NCBI GenBank assembly: GCA_963575745.1
Contig: CAUYUJ010000001.1
Location: 1,922,001-1,986,000 of the forward strand
Source of the DNA: Prorocentrum cordatum
Taxonomy: Eukaryota
Length of the DNA: 64,000 bases
Reading direction: 5' to 3'
Below the pieces are notes generated by a model, which worked only from the letters and a program-made list of their open reading frames with translations, searched no databases and was not told the origin of the DNA. This document shows positions 50,393 to 62,785 of the stretch, in pieces. Numbering within the stretch: position 1 is the first letter of the stretch; each line of letters starts with the position of its first letter. Position numbers and translations under genes: made by a program.

Positions 50393-50507
50393 CGGGTTCG
50401 GACGATTCGATTTCGGGGGATAAGGGGTCGACGATTCGATTTCGGGTTCGGACGATTCGATTTCGGGTTCGGACGATTCGATTTCGGGTTCGAACGATTC
50501 GAGTTCG
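50393..50507 (+). repeat. 21-bp tandem repeat GGGTTCGGACGATTCGATTTC (~5 units)
   Basis: Directly visible. Confidence 0.9.
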
Positions 50508-50914
50508 GTCTGCCTCAGCCTTTTTCGGCTGAGGCGGGATGCAGGGCCTCCCACCCTGCACGGACTCCGAGGAGGAGCCGCCCCCGCCAGCGGGGGTGCT
50601 GGCCGGCCTTCCGCCCGCGGGCGGGGATGAGCCCCTGGCGCGGCCTGCCCCAGCAGGCATTATTCTTCGCTTCCTACCCTAACTTTCCTCGTTTCCTTCC
50701 CTCACTTTCCTCCCTTCCCTATCCTCCCCTCATCTCCCCCTCGTCCGAGGCACCATCCGCGCCTCGGACGTCCTCGGGCCCGTGGTCGCGGCGATGAGGG
50801 CGGTCCGGGCGCGCGTCGACTCCGTGGCGCGCAGGATGCCTCCTCAACCCCTCGTCCCCATCCAGCCTCATCCTGCGTTAACCTTTTTGCCCCTCCCCGT
50901 CCGCCGCCCCCTCG

Positions 50915-50958
<44 letters not shown>

Positions 50959-51178
50959 CCGAGGAGATTGTCGCGCGCGCTGGGCCGCGCCGAGACGCTC
51001 CTCGACGTCCACCAGGAGGGCGCCACGGTGTTCCAGGGGATGTGGGACTCCGACAGGCCGCGGCGCGAGCAGGAGGAGGAGGAGGAGGAGGAGGAGGAGG
51101 AGGAGGAGGAGGAGGGGGAGGTAGAGGAGGAGGGGGAGGGCGGATGAAGGAGGGGGGGAGAGGAAGGGTAAGGATGAT

Positions 51179-51212
<34 letters not shown>

Positions 51213-52514
51213 TTTCGTCGTCGTTTTCGTCGTCGTTTTCGTCGTCGTCGTCGTCGTCGTCGTCGTCGGCGTCGTCGTCGTCGTCGTCGTCGTCGTCTTC
51301 GTCGTCGTCGTCGTCGTCGTCGTCGTCGGCTTCGAGGCTGCGCCCGGGGGAGCTGGCGCACGGCGACGGCGGGGGCAGCGCGAAGAGCTTCCATCCGTCC
51401 ACGTGGACGCTGCGCGGGGTGATCTCGCGCGCGTTCGCCGCCGTGGGCAAGGTGCCAAGTCTAATAAGGACGCTCCAGGGGGTGAACCTATCCCCTACCC
51501 GCCCCTCCCTACCCTGTCCCGCTCCCCCCATCCCCTACCCCACCTTTCCATCTTCCGTTCCTCACCTTACCCGACCTTCCGTCCTGCCGGACCCTCCGTG
51601 CCCCCCCCCCCCCATCCAGTCAGAATTGAGGGGATGGGGAGGGCACCGTCGCCTCCCCCCGCCATCCCTCTCCGAGAGGACGGCGATACGAGCACCTCGG
51701 GCATGTCTCGGGGGTGGAGATGACGACGGTGACGATGAATATGATGACGCCGACGAGGATGACGACGATGATGATGACGATGAGGATGACGAGGACTGTG
51801 ATGATGATTATGATGATAATGCTGCGGATGAGGATCGCGATGATTTCGGTGACGACGACGATGATGATGATGATGATGATCGTCATGATGATGATCATCA
51901 TGATGATGATGACGATAACGATGCTCATGATTATAGTGACGCTTACGTTAATGACGATGACGATGATGACGGCGGTGACGATGAATACTTATGATTGTGG
52001 CTATGATGATGATGACGATGATGATGATGATGACGATGATGGTGATGATGATGATGATGATGAGGTTGATGATGATGATGAGGATGATTATGACGCTGGC
52101 GATGATGATGGCGCTGTGAAGATGATCATGGTCATGAGGATGAGGGTGACGATGAGTATGGGATGTGAGATGTGACGCGAGCGCACCAGCTTGCCTCCCG
52201 ATCCTCCTTCTTCTCCTCATCCTTCTCCTCCTTATCCTCCTCCTCCTCCTCCTCCTCCTCCTCCTCATCCTCCTCCTCCTCCTCCTCCTCCCCCTCCTCC
52301 TCCTCCTCCTCTTCCTCCTCCTCCTCCTCCTCCTCCTCCTCCTCCTCCTCTCCTCCTCCTCCTCCTCCTCCTCCTCTCCTCCTCCTCCTCCTCCTCCTCC
52401 TCCTCCTCCTCCTCCTCCCCCTCCTCCTCCGCCTCCTCCTCCTCCTCCTCCTCCTCCTCCTCCTCTTCCCCCTCCTCCTCCTCCTCCCTCCTCCTCCGCG
52501 CGCGCAGCCCCCGA

Positions 52515-52965
52515 GCGACCGAGGAACCCGAGCGTCGAGTACTACCGCGTTACCCCAGCGATAACTTCGTCGAAACCGTGGGCGATCCGCCCCCTTGGAT
52601 CGGGCTGTGGTTGCCCGACGTGGGCGACCTCCCTGAGGGGCCGCCCCCGCCCTGGCCCATCTCGCGGGGTCAAGACTACCCCCCTTTTTGGGCCCCAGAA
52701 TGGATAGAGCTACCGCTCCCTGGACTTGCGCCTTGGACGTGGTACTACCCCGCACGGCCGAATCAGACCAGGCCGGAGCGTTGGTTCGTAACGGTGCACG
52801 GGGGGCAATGGTTGCCGGGCACCTTCATGAGCGACGAAGCGGACCCGGACGCCGTAGCGATGGTCTGGATGGTTGCCGGGCACCTTCATGAGCGACGAAG
52901 CGGACCCGGACGCCGTAGCGATGGTCTGGACGGCGGGGCCTTCGGAGCCCGTCCCATACAGGTGC
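52515..52965 (+). pseudogene. Trp/Pro-rich domain family, copy 1; frameshifted by a 61-bp tandem duplication (52808-52929)
   Basis: GLWLPDVGDLPEGPPPPWP..PPFWAPEWIELPLPG..WYYP..PERWFVTVH aligns by eye with the ORF at 58033. Confidence 0.6.
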
Positions 52966-53572
52966 CCTCTTGTTTTGGTCTTATGGTGTTGTGTCTTTCC
53001 AGCCCACCCTCCTGGTGTTGTGTCTTTCCAGACACAACACCATGGTCCATGGCGTTGTGTCTTTCCAGCCCACCATCCTTAGGTACACGTGGTGCGACTA
53101 TTTTGTGGAGGAGGGCATCCTTGCGCCTCCAACATGGTGATGCTGCGCGGCGGCCCGCCGACGATCACGAGCTAAAGCAGGCCTCCTCCTCCTCCTCCTC
53201 CTCCTCCTCCTCCTCCTCCCCCTCCTCCTCTACCTCCTCCTCCTCCTCCTCCTCCTCCGCCTCCTCCTCCGCCTCGTCGTCCTCGCCCTCCTCCTCCTCC
53301 TCCTCTTCCCCATCCTCCGCCCCGCGCGCGGCCCTCCCCCGGCGGCGCCGAGAGGGCGGGAGGTGGGAGGGGGATTGGAGGAGGAAGGGGGGCCGAGCAG
53401 GGAGGAGGAGGGAGAAGAGAGGAGGAGGAGAAGGAGGAGGAGGAGCAATGGAGCACTTCGAGGGCGGCCCTCGGGCCTTTTTTCGAGCCGCGCCGGTCCG
53501 TCCTGGCTAGTTTTTCGAGCTGCGCCCAGCCGTGGCGACAAGAACCTCCAGGAGCGCCCAGAAACTTCCGAA

Positions 53573-53605
<33 letters not shown>

Positions 53606-53663
53606 TCGACGTCGACGTCGACGTCGACGTCGCCGACGTCGACGTTGACGTCGTCGTGACCAC

Positions 53664-53950
53664 TCACCTGAACGCGCGCCAACGCCAATCCCAGTAGTAC
53701 CAGCGAGTATCGCCCTCGCCGGGGATGATCATTGAGGGCGGCTGGCCCGTGCGCTGATTGGGTTCGAGGCGTGCAGGTCGCGCGTCTTGGGGCAGCTCGA
53801 GGGCCGCGGGCATCCATGGCTCCCCAGGCAGTTCTGGAAAGGGCCAGTCGTCAGGCAAGGGCTCCTCATGATATGCGATTGCTTCAATCCTGCTGTGTGT
53901 ACGCTCCGTGGCCTCCACGAACAATGACGCTACTTTGAGGGTCTTCGCCC
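53664..53950 (-). CDS. Trp/Pro-rich domain family, divergent copy 2 (start uncertain)
   Basis: HEEPLPDDWPFPELPGEPWMPAALELP..RWYYWDWRW shares E..P..WP..P.W.P...ELP..WY. Confidence 0.45.
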
Positions 53951-53981
53951 GCGGGCCGGTCAGCGCGCAAAACGCGCAAAA

Positions 53982-54028
53982 CGCTTGTAGAGAACAGACC
54001 AAGACTCTTGGTCTGTTCTCTACAAGCG
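53982..54028. repeat. Perfect 47-bp palindrome (23-bp arms, 1-nt spacer)
   Basis: CGCTTGTAGAGAACAGACCAAGA-c-TCTTGGTCTGTTCTCTACAAGCG. Confidence 0.95.
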
Positions 54029-54689
54029 GGATTCGGATACTGGCTTGTGGTGGCGGGAAAACTGGTGAAGGCAGTCACCGTCGTGGTCGCCGTCGTCGTT
54101 GTCGTCGTGATCGTCGTGGTCGCCGTCGTCGTCGTGTTCACCGTCGGTCGCCGTCGTCGTCGTCATCCTCGTCGCAGTCGCCGTCCTCACTCATGGTCAC
54201 CCCCATCCTCTCATGCTTCCTAATCCCTGGCATGCCACCCCCGCCCTCCTACCTCCTCCCGTTCCTGCCGGAGGCGACCCGCGACGTGGACTGGATGCTC
54301 TGCGGCGACAGGTGGCCTCTGGAAGAGTTGAGGCTAAAGGGGGCACTGAAAGGCGAGGCGGATGGGGGGGCGGAGGAGGAGGAGGAGAGGGAGGGGGAGG
54401 GGATCAAGCATGAAGGCGGAAGGGGGATGGGGAAGGAGTGAGACAAAGAGGAAGAGCCACGCGGGCGAGGGCCACCCCAGGGTGGTCGAGGGAGCTGGCG
54501 TTTGTCCCACTCCCCCGCCAGCCGCGTCCAGATCCTCCAAGCCCTCGCCGTCCCCGTCCTCCTCCTCCTCCTCCTCCTCCTCCATCCTCGCTTTCCTTCT
54601 CCCCAATGTGGGGGAGACGGCCTCCTCCTGCTCGCCCTCCTCCTGCTCGCCCTCCGCTTCCTCCTCGCCCTCCTCGGCCCAGGTCCCAG

Positions 54690-55154
54690 AAGCTGGCGAA
54701 GGTAGAGAGGGCGCGCCACGGCGTGCTGGAGTTCCTCGGCGTGCAGAGCGATCTGCACTGGAGAGGAGGCGGCGAGGTGATGCACGAGGTGACATCAGTG
54801 ATGCCAGCGTTCGTCCAGCGTTGGACGGCGTCTAACTTGTACGAGGGAGTCACGGTGCAAGTGCGGCCGGGCGGGTCTTGGAAGATGATCAAGTCGGTTG
54901 CGAGCGGCATGCATTTCTTGTGCATGCCATTCTATGCCGACCTCTGCCCGGCGAACAATCGTCTCAAGGCTTACGTGGCTGCCGAAGTACAGAAGTGGAA
55001 CGTGGGCAGGGTGATTGGCAAGGTGCTCTTCCACGCGATGGTCGCTAACTGCATCAGCAAGGCAACCGAGCTCATCCCAAAACTGCGCAGTGTCGTGAAG
55101 AGCTCGGCGCAGGTGGCGACGGGAGTGGAAGGGGAGGAGACGGCCAGGAGGTAG
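54690..55154 (+). CDS. Intronless hypothetical protein (~150 aa globular-looking segment; start uncertain)
   Basis: Complex amino-acid composition and GC3-rich codons, between microsatellites. Confidence 0.5.
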   Translation, partial: KLAKVERARHGVLEFLGVQSDLHWRGGGEVMHEVTSVMPAFVQRWTASNLYEGVTVQVRPGGSWKMIKSVASGMHFLCMPFYADLCPANNRLKAYVAAEVQKWNVGRVIGKVLFHAMVANCISKATELIPKLRSVVKSSAQVATGVEGEETARR

Positions 55155-55374
55155 GAGGAAAGCGAGGAGCTTTAGAGAGGGGTGGTGGCAGCAAGAGGAG
55201 AAGGAGGCAGAGAAGGTGGAGGAAACAGTTACTGGAGCGCATGGGATGGCCCCCCGCTATCACTCCCTCCCTCTTTCTCGCCTCTCCCCCTCATCCCTTC
55301 CCTCTTTGGCTCGCCCTCCCCACCACCCGCCACCCCCCTCTCCCTCTCCTCGCCCGCCGCCGCACTTGCCTTAG

Positions 55375-56421
55375 GTGACAGTTCACGAGCTCACCAAGGA
55401 GGAGATAGAGTGGCACGCGCTCCGGGCCCATCCGGCACACGGCATCCGCGCAGACCTCATCTGCAGGGCCACCTTCCACAGACCGACGCGGACGAGGGGA
55501 CGAGCTGGCGATGATTGCGAGCACGTTGCCCGGGGACTGGATCGCGCAAACGTTTGCGCTCACAACTTGCTCCATCAACGGCGGTGGTCAGCCTCAGGAG
55601 CAGGAAGACGCAGAGGAGGCAGACCTCTGTGTGAACGATGCCGAAATCACCGTCCGAGCGAGCGTATATTGTGCTTGTGGCACTGCAGAAGACTTATCGG
55701 ACCAGGATGTACTCCCGAGAGGTGTTCATTGGTTGAGTTTCCAAGAGTGGCTCGTCAGAGAGTGGGTGTCTGTGTAGACTGCATAGCAACATCGTCTCGG
55801 TTCTGGACAAGTGACGCTCTCAGAGTTTCTGAAATGACACCGGAGTGGCCGAGTAACCTCACCATGAACTGGGCCATGAGCTGGACTACGAGCATCGAGG
55901 TGCCTAGGTGCTCTATCAGGCACAAGGCGTCGGAGTGCGCGGCAGGGCCGCGCTTGCTACGGTCAAGAACACCGATGGCAAGAGTAGCGCAGCTCTTGGT
56001 AAAGATCACGATCAAGCTGTGTTTCCGAGTTCACGGATATCGAGATGCGACGTTGCGGAGCGCTGCAGCTGCTGAAGACAGGCCCATGGAGATCTACGAG
56101 GATAGCCAGACCGCGACCAGTTTCCTGTGCGTCGTGCACGCATGGTTCTTCGCGCAGCTCAAGAAGATGCACGTCGACCGCGGCCTAGAGTACCAGTTCG
56201 TGCCGGGCATCAAGGCGCTCATTAAGACAGGGGCGCCAACACGCGCATACAAAGACTTCGGGAGGAAGATGCAGAAAGCTGGGGGCCAGCGCGCGCACAC
56301 CAACCAGAAGTCGAACTGGGCTACAGGATTCGGGCCCCAAGCTTTCAGGACTCGGGTCCCAAGCTTTCGGCGATTCGATCGATTTGCTCTCCCCCATCTA
56401 CCCGGGGCGGCACTCAGGTAG
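55375..56421 (+). CDS. Intronless hypothetical protein with a Cys cluster (CERC..C..HC..C..C..CVDC)
   Basis: 348-codon non-repetitive ORF containing eight clustered Cys, bounded by CxxC pairs. Confidence 0.5.
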   Translation: MTVHELTKEEIEWHALRAHPAHGIRADLICRATFHRPTRTRGRAGDDCEHVARGLDRANVCAHNLLHQRRWSASGAGRRRGGRPLCERCRNHRPSERILCLWHCRRLIGPGCTPERCSLVEFPRVARQRVGVCVDCIATSSRFWTSDALRVSEMTPEWPSNLTMNWAMSWTTSIEVPRCSIRHKASECAAGPRLLRSRTPMARVAQLLVKITIKLCFRVHGYRDATLRSAAAAEDRPMEIYEDSQTATSFLCVVHAWFFAQLKKMHVDRGLEYQFVPGIKALIKTGAPTRAYKDFGRKMQKAGGQRAHTNQKSNWATGFGPQAFRTRVPSFRRFDRFALPHLPGAALR

Positions 56422-58032
56422 TTCGGATGGGCCAGGAGTCGATAGGCCAGGGGCCGGGGGCCGTGGCTCTGGGGCCCCAGAGGAGGGGACGTCGGGAGGG
56501 GGAGTCAGCAGGAGTCGGGCGGTGGAGGGGGAGATTAGGAGGGGGTGCAGGAGCAGTCAGCTCAGGGGCGTACCATGTATCCCAATTCCTATCCCGGCCC
56601 ATCACATTAATATCCCTGTCTGAGATCATACAGTAGTATACATACATAGAGTCTGACCGCGTCATGCGATTAACAAAGTTTCGAGATCTCCCCTTCGCTG
56701 GCGGGCTCCAGGAGAAGTAGGGCGAGGCAGGATGAAGGGGGGGGGATACGGGGCATGGGAGGGGATGGGGGAGAATGTCCTCCGAGGGCGGGGAGGGATC
56801 GAAGGAGTTGGACAGGGCGGTGCGACAAGGGCAAGGGCGGCAAGAGCAAGCGCGGGAGGCGGTGCAATGGCAAGGGCAAGCGGGGGTCCGCGAGGGGCAA
56901 CGGCGTTCGTAACGACAAGGGCGAGACGTTCACGACGACGTTAAAGAAGCGAGCCGCTGAGCTTCAAAAGACAAGAGTCAGTGGGCCGGGCCCCGAGAAG
57001 AGGGAGAACAGCAGCAAGGACAAGGAAGATGAGAGGTCGGCGGTTAAGGCCTGCCCTCAAGAGAAGGCCGCGGCCACTATGGCCGGGGCGGGCCTCAGGC
57101 CCAAGGTGGCACCGACGGCAAGGGCAGCGTCGGCGTCGGCATCGTTGTTTGGCATCGGCGCCAGCGACATCAGCTGCGCCGGCATCCAGGTCGGGCGCGG
57201 CATCCGCGGCGCCAGGGACACCGTCAACCAGGATCGGAAGAAGCTAAGACGGAGGAGAGGAAGAGGAGGAGGAGGAGGAGGAGGAGGAGGAGGGGGAGGA
57301 GGGGGAGGAGCGGGAGAAGGAGGACGAGGGAGAACGGGTGCGGTAGGAGGGCCAGCAGCATCATCAGTCGGTAGAGGGCGAGTAGGTCGATCATGAGAGG
57401 GGGGCAGGACAGGGCGTTCATGGGCGCGGGGGAAATGGGGAGGTCAGCGAGGGGGAGGTGAAGGCGGGAGCGGGGGAGGGGGGCGAGGACGATGCGGATG
57501 AGCAAGTAGACGAGAGCAGGCGTGGGCCAGTCACGCCGCTGTCGCCTCCTTTCGCGGGCTCGTCTTCGTTAATCGATCGACAGGAGAGGGGGCGCAGAGC
57601 AGGGGGCACGGTCTGGGAGTTGTTGGCTGAGCCTTCCCCCCCTCGCCCCCAGCCTCCGATCCCCCGAATGATCCGACGGAGAGGACGCCTGATCCGCCGG
57701 GTGCGCCGCCGCCGTGGATCGCGCCCCGCGAGGTCCAGGCGCAATACGATGACACAGAGATACAGAGAGAGTGAGAGAGAGAGAGAGAGGAGAGAGGTGA
57801 TGACGGTAGTGACAATGATGACGGAGACTGAGAAGGGGGGAGAAGACACCAGGCCGATGATCGCGGCGGCGATGATGACAAGGATCTGGATGAATAGGGG
57901 GAGGAGAAGGAAGAGGCGCAGGCGGAGGAGGGGGAGGAGGAGGAGGATGTAGAGTGACGCCATAGCACAGATGCTCCCCCCTCCTCTCCCCTCCCCACTC
58001 CGCTTCCTCCCGAGCGCTTTTGCGGCTCAGAG

Positions 58033-58690
58033 ATGTCGATTTCGTCCGACGACGAGGAACAGAGGCCGGAGCTATACCACCTTGCAGCTCCACACCTCGG
58101 ACTGGGCCTCCCCAATAGAAACACCCTCATTGAAGGGCCTGCGGCACCGTGGCCCTTGCCGTACCCTCAGGAAGCCCCCCTGCCGCGATGGGCCCCCGAT
58201 TATATCGAGATGCCGTTGCCGGCCCAACAAGCACGCTGTTGGTTCTTTCCCTGGCAATCTGTTCGGCCCCACATCCCGGAGTGCTGGGTCCTCGCATTTC
58301 ACGATGATTATCGGCGCGAGGACGCGAAAATGCTAGCGCTGCTCTGGCCAGACTTCGCGGCAGAGGATGGGCGCCCTTACAAGTACCCGTGGGCGCGAAA
58401 CGGGGTTTCAGGCTATTTTTCCACCTCGTGGACCTCTAGGGGCGAGCCCAATCGGTGCCGAATATTATATTCGGCACGAGGTGATATTATATTGTATTGT
58501 GCCTATATTCGGTGCCGAATATTATATTATGCCTAATATTATATCGGTGCCGAATATTATATTGTGCCTAGATTCGGAATATAGGTACAACTGGTACGAG
58601 GTGATGATCCACGCGGGGGTCTTGGCGCCGGGGTTCAGGGCGAGGGAGCGCGGCATCCCTCGTGTGTGGCCGTTCACGGGTTCCAGCAAT
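58033..58690 (+). pseudogene. Trp/Pro-rich domain family, copy 3; +1 frameshift near 58402 and a MITE insertion
   Basis: MSISSDDEE..GLGLPNRNTLIEGPAAPWP..PRWAPDYIEMPLPA..WFFP..PECWVLAFH; continues as FQAIFPPRGPL|DSEYRYNWY after removing the insert. Confidence 0.6.
58440..58568. mobile_element. AT-rich 129-bp MITE-like insertion with TAG target duplication
   Basis: TAG|GGGC...TGCC|TAG; three internal copies of CGGTGCCGAATATTATATT, the first forming a hairpin. Confidence 0.6.
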
Positions 58691-59481
58691 GACCGCGACG
58701 TCAGCGACAACTCGAACGCCTCTATGTCAGCGAGATCAGTAGCGACAACTCGAACGCCTACGACTGATGTCAGCGACAACGACGTCAGCGACGTCAGCGA
58801 CAACGCGAATGCCTACGACTGACGTCAGCGACAACGCGGGTTCCAGCAGGCCGAATAAACAATCTCCCCTACTCTCCCCCTACCACTCCACTCCCTTTCC
58901 CATCCTCCATTCCATCCTCATCCTCCGACTCCTCCTGCTCCTCCTCGTCCTTTCCCTCGCCCCCCACCCATCCACCTCCTCCTGTTGTCCTCTGTCTCCC
59001 CCTTCTCCCCCCTATCCTCCTCGTCGGCCCGTTGCTACAGCGACGGCAGCTTCCGCGGCGAGGCCGTAGACGGCATGGCGATCTACGAAGCAATTTGCAC
59101 CGCATGCGGCGCAGGTGATGCAGAGGAGGGCGGAGAGGGGGAACGGGCAGGGCGGGCGCGGGGAGACGCATAACTGGAGCAAGAGGGCGAGGACGGGAAG
59201 GGGGCAGGAGGGGGATGAAGGGGAAGAGGAGGAGGAGGAGGAGGAGGAGGAGCAGGAGGAGGAGGAGGAGGAGGAGGAGGAGGAGGAGGAGAGAGTGGAT
59301 GAGGGGAGCAGTAGGAGGAGGACGAGGCGGAATGGGGCCGAAAGAGGATGAGGAGGAGGAGGAGGAAGGAGGAGGAGGAGGAGGGAGAGGAAGAGGAGAA
59401 GCCCCCGAGGTGAGGGAAGGTCCGCAGGGTTTCGGACGCGCCAGAGCTCGTGGCCAGAGTTCGTGGCATGAAAGGGCGTCA

Positions 59482-60465
<984 letters not shown>

Positions 60466-60631
60466 AGACAAGGACAGACAACGACGACATACGACGATTC
60501 GGGCCAGAGGCCCCCAAGAGGCCCCCAGGAGCCACCAAGGAGGCCCGAGCCCCACCTCCTCCTCCTCCTCCTCCGTAGCTTTTGTGGCCCCATTTGAGGT
60601 GCGTCGCTTCTCTGGAGAGCGTGCCGGTGCG

Positions 60632-61849
60632 ATGTCGGCGCACGACTGGGAGGCTCCAGACACCTGCCCAGAGATTATCGAGCTCCGCGGCGGAGAGCGG
60701 AGAGATGCTCCACGGCACAAGTTCTACGAGACGAAGACTAAGGGAAAGTACTGGCAGTGCGAGCTGTGTGGAAACCAGGTGACGGCAGGTCACCTTGCCA
60801 GCTCGGGTCATCAAGCTCGCATTGGAAACGGAGTTCCACCAGACCGTTCCTACATGGTGTATTGGGAGAAGTGGGTAAAGATCAAGATCGTCAAGGTCAT
60901 TACCCACGAGTTCTACGGGGGCCCACCGTCGCAAGAAGACGATGATGGTCCTGCCGCCGCTGGCGCTGCCAGACCGCAGCTGGCGCTCCCAGCGCCGCAG
61001 TCACAGGCGACGCGGACGCCAGCAGCTGCGGCGGCGGCGGCGGCGCCAGCAGCTGCGGCGGCGTCCGACAGGCAGATGGCAGCTCTGATCGAGAAGCAGA
61101 ACCAGCTCGCTGTCTCTTTGGGCGAGCTGGTCGAGAAGCGCGACAGGCAGATGGAAGCTCTGATCGAGAAGCAGAACGACATGGTTGCGAGGGTGGCCGA
61201 GCTGGTCGAGAAGCACAGGGACGCTTTCACCAGCCTGGTGAACACTCATACCCAGGTGGCCACGACTCAGGCCGAGCTGATCGGGAAGGTGGACGCTCTG
61301 ATCGACAAGCTGGACGCTCACACCCCAACGAGGATGAACAGACTGATCGAGACGGAGACCGAGCTGTCGGTGAAGCTGGACGCTCTGATCGGCAAGCTGA
61401 ACGGGTCGGGCGCGGACCCACGGCTCGCAGCATCGGCGGCTTCGCATGGCGACGGCACGGCGGCGGCGGTTTCGCATGGCGGCGGCATGGCGGCGGATAG
61501 CGGCGGCATGGGCGGCGCCGGCGGCATGACTCAGGATTATTTCGGCAGCGTCGGCCTGCCGGTCGGCGTCGATGGCGGCACGCATGGCTGCGACAGCAGC
61601 GGCGGCCTGGACCACGGCGCTCCGTTGGGCGCCGACAGCGGCGCGCAAGGCGGCGGCGGGGGCGGGGCTTGGGGGCAGTGGCAAGCCGACGGCGGCACGC
61701 AAGGTGGCGGCTGGGGCGAGGCTTGGCAGAGGGGCGGCAACGGCGGCGACGACGGCACGGAAGACGGGTCGCAAGGCAACGGCAGGGGCGGCCCCTGGGC
61801 GTTTGCGGACGACCGCGGAGATCAGCGCGGCCGGGGTAGAGGCTGGTGA
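60632..61849 (+). CDS. Intronless 405-aa protein: C2H2-like (matrin/U1-type-like) finger, coiled coil, Gly-rich tail
   Basis: ATG at 60632; WQCELCGNQVTAGHLASSGHQARI (C-x2-C-x7-H-x5-H); repeated DRQMxALIEKQN and KxDALIxKL; strong GC3 bias. Confidence 0.7.
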   Translation: MSAHDWEAPDTCPEIIELRGGERRDAPRHKFYETKTKGKYWQCELCGNQVTAGHLASSGHQARIGNGVPPDRSYMVYWEKWVKIKIVKVITHEFYGGPPSQEDDDGPAAAGAARPQLALPAPQSQATRTPAAAAAAAAPAAAAASDRQMAALIEKQNQLAVSLGELVEKRDRQMEALIEKQNDMVARVAELVEKHRDAFTSLVNTHTQVATTQAELIGKVDALIDKLDAHTPTRMNRLIETETELSVKLDALIGKLNGSGADPRLAASAASHGDGTAAAVSHGGGMAADSGGMGGAGGMTQDYFGSVGLPVGVDGGTHGCDSSGGLDHGAPLGADSGAQGGGGGGAWGQWQADGGTQGGGWGEAWQRGGNGGDDGTEDGSQGNGRGGPWAFADDRGDQRGRGRGW

Positions 61850-62256
61850 CAGTGGCGTGGTAACCATGCATGCCGCCGCATACGCATGAGCAAGCTGCTC
61901 TCTTTGAGCGCCTTTTGGTCGCGCTCCAGTGCGCTCGCAGTTCTCCACCACCCTTCTCCATCCATCTCTGACCTCTCCCACCCCCAGCCCTCCTCCTCCT
62001 CGCATCCAGTCCTCCTAAACCCCAGTCCTCACAATCCCCCCCACACTCCTGAGAGCACTCCTCGAGGCAGCCCCGCTCAATAAGAGCAGAGGAACACGCG
62101 CGTGCGGCGGCGCGCGAGGCACTGGTAGCAAAACTCTGTCTGTACGGTATCCTCTTCTTCGTCGTCGTCGTTGTCGCCGCCGCCGACGTCGTCTCGTCGC
62201 CGTCGTCGTCGTCGTCGTCGCCGCCGCCGCCGTCGTCGTTGCAGTCGCGGTCGCAA

Positions 62257-62287
<31 letters not shown>

Positions 62288-62323
62288 GGCCGTCGTCGTT
62301 GCCGTCGCCGTCGTCGTAGTGGT

Positions 62324-62385
<62 letters not shown>

Positions 62386-62785
62386 GGGGGCCCCCTCAGA
62401 GGACTAAGATGGCCCAAAGACGGCATCAAGAGGGCCCCAAGAAGGCTACAAGAAGGACATATTTTTATTTGCTTGTACTTCCTTGAGGCCATCGTCTGCC
62501 AAAGCCCCTGAAGCCCCAAGACGCGAAGGAGGACGAGGATGGGGAGGCGGAGGAGGGGGGGGGAGAAGGGGGAGGGCGTGATCGCCGAGCGATGCACCTG
62601 ATGTTCGACGCTTCGCGCATTCCCTTGAGCCCCTCCTCAAACGATGCCCAACGCAGCAATGAAATGATGGGGATAGGAACGAGAAGGAAGGAGGCAGGGG
62701 ACGAGGACGACGACGACAACGACGACGCCACTGCCCGTCTGTCCCCATTTTGTGCCGAGCGTGGCCCGCCGCTGCTCTGCCAATC

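Noticed and set aside
50512..50535. SL-like AGCCTTTTTCGGCTGAGG
   Set aside because: Better explained as a small hairpin (GCCTCAGCC/GGCTGAGGC), and no convincing ORF follows.
50750..50797. Candidate next host exon after tccgag|G
   Set aside because: The phase-0 frame reaches a stop (APSAPRTSSGPWSRR*) and shows no UBX motif; no UBX exon was identified downstream.
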